Shown here: piece by piece, positions 61,971 through 64,000 of the stretch | Position numbering within the stretch: position 1 is the first letter of the stretch | Layout: each line of letters opens with the position of its first letter | Source of the DNA: Clostridiales bacterium | Lineage (GTDB): Bacteria > Bacillota > Clostridia > Christensenellales > Pumilibacteraceae | Length of the DNA stretch: 64,000 bases | Direction of reading: 5' to 3' | Assembly (NCBI GenBank): GCA_022511445.1 | Contig: JAFLVE010000012.1 | Span: 26,514-90,513, forward strand | Position numbers and translations under genes: made by a program | The notes under the pieces: generated by a model | Told to the model about the DNA's origin: nothing | Database searches by the model: none | Seen by the model: only the letters and a program-made list of their open reading frames with translations

Positions 61971-64000
61971 AAATAATCACTCTCGGCAATCTTAACGACG
62001 AAATTTTATCCTCGGTCGGCGGCAAGGCGCGCGGACTCGATTTTCTCAAAAAGCACGGATATAAAATAGCGGACGGCTTTGTCGTTACGGAGATAGACTC
62101 TTTAGGCGAGGAAGAGAACGCGGAAATAGAAAAAGCGTTCGACGCTCTCGGCGCGGAGCGGGTGTCGGTGCGTTCGAGTGCGTCCAACGAGGACGGCGGC
62201 GAATTTTCCAACGCCGGTCAGTACGAAACCTGTCTCGACGTGACTAAACAAACTCTCCGCGGCGCGGTGGATAAATGCGTAGCCTCGCTTACCGGCTCGC
62301 GCGCTTCCGCGTATTCGGACAAGTTCTTGGGCGGAGAAAAGGCGAAAATGAATCTCGTCGTCGAGGAGATGATTGACGCCGACTATGCGGGCGTTATGTT
62401 CACGACCGACCCGTCGGACGGCGACTGCGTTTTAATAGAGGCGGTAAAAGGCAAAGGCGAGCAGCTTGTAAGCGGAGCCGTAGGCGCGTTCCGCTATTCG
62501 GTAAGTAAAAGCGAGTTTAGCTACGAGGATAACGGCGGACCGAGCGAAAAGGTTTTAAAGCGGCTTTACGAGGAAGGAAAAGCAATCGCAAAAGCGTACG
62601 GCTCGGAGTCCGACCTCGAGTGGGTGGTCGACGGCGACGGCACGCTCTATTGGTTACAGCTCCGACCCATAACCGCGCTTAACGACTGCGACCTCGACGA
62701 GTTCAATCCCGCGCACTCGCTCGATAATCACCTTCTTACGAGCAGGAACATAGGCGAGATGATGCCGGGCGCGATTACGCCGCTGTCCATTTCGACAAGC
62801 GTTCTCGCAATCGACTACGGCATGCGAAACATGCTTGCGACGGTGGGCGTGATTAAGGACGTAAAAACCAAGCCCGATTATTTTGCGTCGTTGGCGGTTA
62901 AGTACCATTTGTTTATCGACCTGTCCGCGCTCCACTTAATCGGACAAAACGTAATGATGACAGACAACGATTCCGTTAATCTGTCGATTGCAGGCGAATA
63001 CATAGAGGACTATCCCAAGCCCGAGGGCAAACACGCGTCTTTCCTCGTGAAAATGGTAAACGGGATTAAGTTCGCTAAGTTCCTGTTTTCGTCCAAAAAG
63101 GCTAAACAGCGGCTCGTCGCTTTATACGACAACCTGTCGTTTACCGCCGAGGGCGATATAAAGGCTATCTACGACGAGATAACCTCCAAGCTCCAAGCAA
63201 TGAACGACGCGCTTTCCAACCACTACGTGTGCTCCAGCTTTTCGGGCGCAATGAACAGCGCGCTCGTTATGATGCTCGCCGATACCTTCCCCGACAAGGC
63301 GGACTACCAAAACTTTGTCGCCGCGCTCCTTTCCGATATAGACGATATCGAAAGCGCCGACATTCTGCGCTCGTTAAAAAAGCTCGCCGGAGAGATTTTG
63401 GCGGTCAATCCCGACGCGGCGGCTTTTTCCGACGAACAGCTTCTTTCCTTCGTGACCGACGGGAACAACGAAAAAATAAACGCGCTTTACAACGAGTTCT
63501 TGCTTAAGCACGGTCACCGCTCCATAAAAGAGGCGGAGCTTCGCAGCAAGGCTTGGAAAAACGACCCGTCGTCGCTTATGAAAAACCTTCGCACCGTCAT
63601 GCTTTCGGGCGAGCTCGACGACGAGGCGAGCAAAGCCCCGTTCGATATAGAAGAGGTGCTTAAAGATATTAAAGGCTCCAAAAAGGGCGCGCTGCGCTGG
63701 ATAGGTAAAAACGCGCGGCAGGCGGTAATAGACAGAGAGTTCAGTAAGTCGAACATAATAAAGATTATAGATAAGTTTAAGGACCGTTACGTTATCCTCG
63801 CAAAGCTTCTTTGTAAAAGCGGCTTGCTTGCAGACGAGGACAGCATTTACTTCCTGTCCCACGCGGAGATAGGTAAATTAATCGACGGGGATACCTCCCT
63901 AAAGCGCAAGGCGCTTGCACGCCGCGTAGTCTTTAAGGAAGCGGAGGAGCTGAGCTTCGACGATATTTGCGTAGGCATGCCCGTACCTGTTAAAGTGGAC
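61967..64000 (+). CDS. PEP-utilising enzyme family protein (PPDK_N ATP-grasp N-terminus), truncated by the window end
   Basis: My translation from 61967 gives MKIITLGNLNDEILSSVGGKARGLDFLKKHGYKIADGFVV...VSVRSSASNEDGGEFSNAGQYETCLDV, the pyruvate phosphate dikinase/PEP synthase N-domain signature. The frame appears to stay open to nt 64000: no ORF-track entry terminates it, but I only spot-checked the frame. It is not in the ORF track because no stop codon lies in the window. Confidence 0.8.
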   Translation, partial: MKIITLGNLNDEILSSVGGKARGLDFLKKHGYKIADGFVVTEIDSLGEEENAEIEKAFDALGAERVSVRSSASNEDGGEFSNAGQYETCLDVTKQTLRGAVDKCVASLTGSRASAYSDKFLGGEKAKMNLVVEEMIDADYAGVMFTTDPSDGDCVLIEAVKGKGEQLVSGAVGAFRYSVSKSEFSYEDNGGPSEKVLKRLYEEGKAIAKAYGSESDLEWVVDGDGTLYWLQLRPITALNDCDLDEFNPAHSLDNHLLTSRNIGEMMPGAITPLSISTSVLAIDYGMRNMLATVGVIKDVKTKPDYFASLAVKYHLFIDLSALHLIGQNVMMTDNDSVNLSIAGEYIEDYPKPEGKHASFLVKMVNGIKFAKFLFSSKKAKQRLVALYDNLSFTAEGDIKAIYDEITSKLQAMNDALSNHYVCSSFSGAMNSALVMMLADTFPDKADYQNFVAALLSDIDDIESADILRSLKKLAGEILAVNPDAAAFSDEQLLSFVTDGNNEKINALYNEFLLKHGHRSIKEAELRSKAWKNDPSSLMKNLRTVMLSGELDDEASKAPFDIEEVLKDIKGSKKGALRWIGKNARQAVIDREFSKSNIIKIIDKFKDRYVILAKLLCKSGLLADEDSIYFLSHAEIGKLIDGDTSLKRKALARRVVFKEAEELSFDDICVGMPVPVKVD

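Overview
64 kb of a Gram-positive, probably Clostridia-class, chromosome. Hand-sampled lines give about 50-58% GC; start codons are preceded by strong GGAGG-type ribosome-binding sites, and SpoVK- and CotH-like genes are present. I found no rRNA genes, CRISPR arrays, integrases or transposases. Housekeeping content: pullulanase, GH78-like hydrolase, a GT28 glycolipid synthase translationally coupled to a PlsC-type acyltransferase, an orphan ParA/Soj, PrsA-like foldase, YbaB, RecR, tRNA-Thr(CGU), MscL, TcdA and MgsA. Five accessory blocks stand out. (1) nt 185-6700: a 1500-aa DUF4011/Upf1-like helicase with a Vsr-like nuclease tail (Hhe-like). It is followed by an all-helical 230-aa protein with an acidic C-terminal tail and by a Vps4/katanin-like AAA ATPase, giving an ESCRT-III/Vps4-like pair. 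(2) nt 21.0-26.3 kb: an island next to tRNA-Thr with a truncated tRNA copy, an XRE remnant, LRR and CotH surface proteins, and a Phd/ParE toxin-antitoxin pair. (3) nt 27.7-37.6 kb: a phage-derived island encoding terminase, portal, scaffold, capsid and two holins. No recognisable tail, lysin, replication or integrase genes are present. (4) nt 46.4-50.7 kb: an AT-rich cassette encoding a membrane-anchored NACHT/STAND-like giant protein with a degenerate P-loop, translationally coupled to a YfbR-type HD nucleotidase. (5) nt 50.8-60.2 kb, divergent from block 4: an overlapping SNF2 helicase, MoxR ATPase and metallopeptidase-vWA operon, then a WYL regulator and a 2-TM protein with LemA. A modular hairpin-repeat family occupies several intergenic regions. 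It includes a ~370-400 bp inverted pair at 12.1 and 39.3 kb whose terminator orientation and G-U-compatible substitutions suggest a transcribed element. The best candidates for an undescribed system are blocks 4 and 5, and the ATPase pair in block 1.
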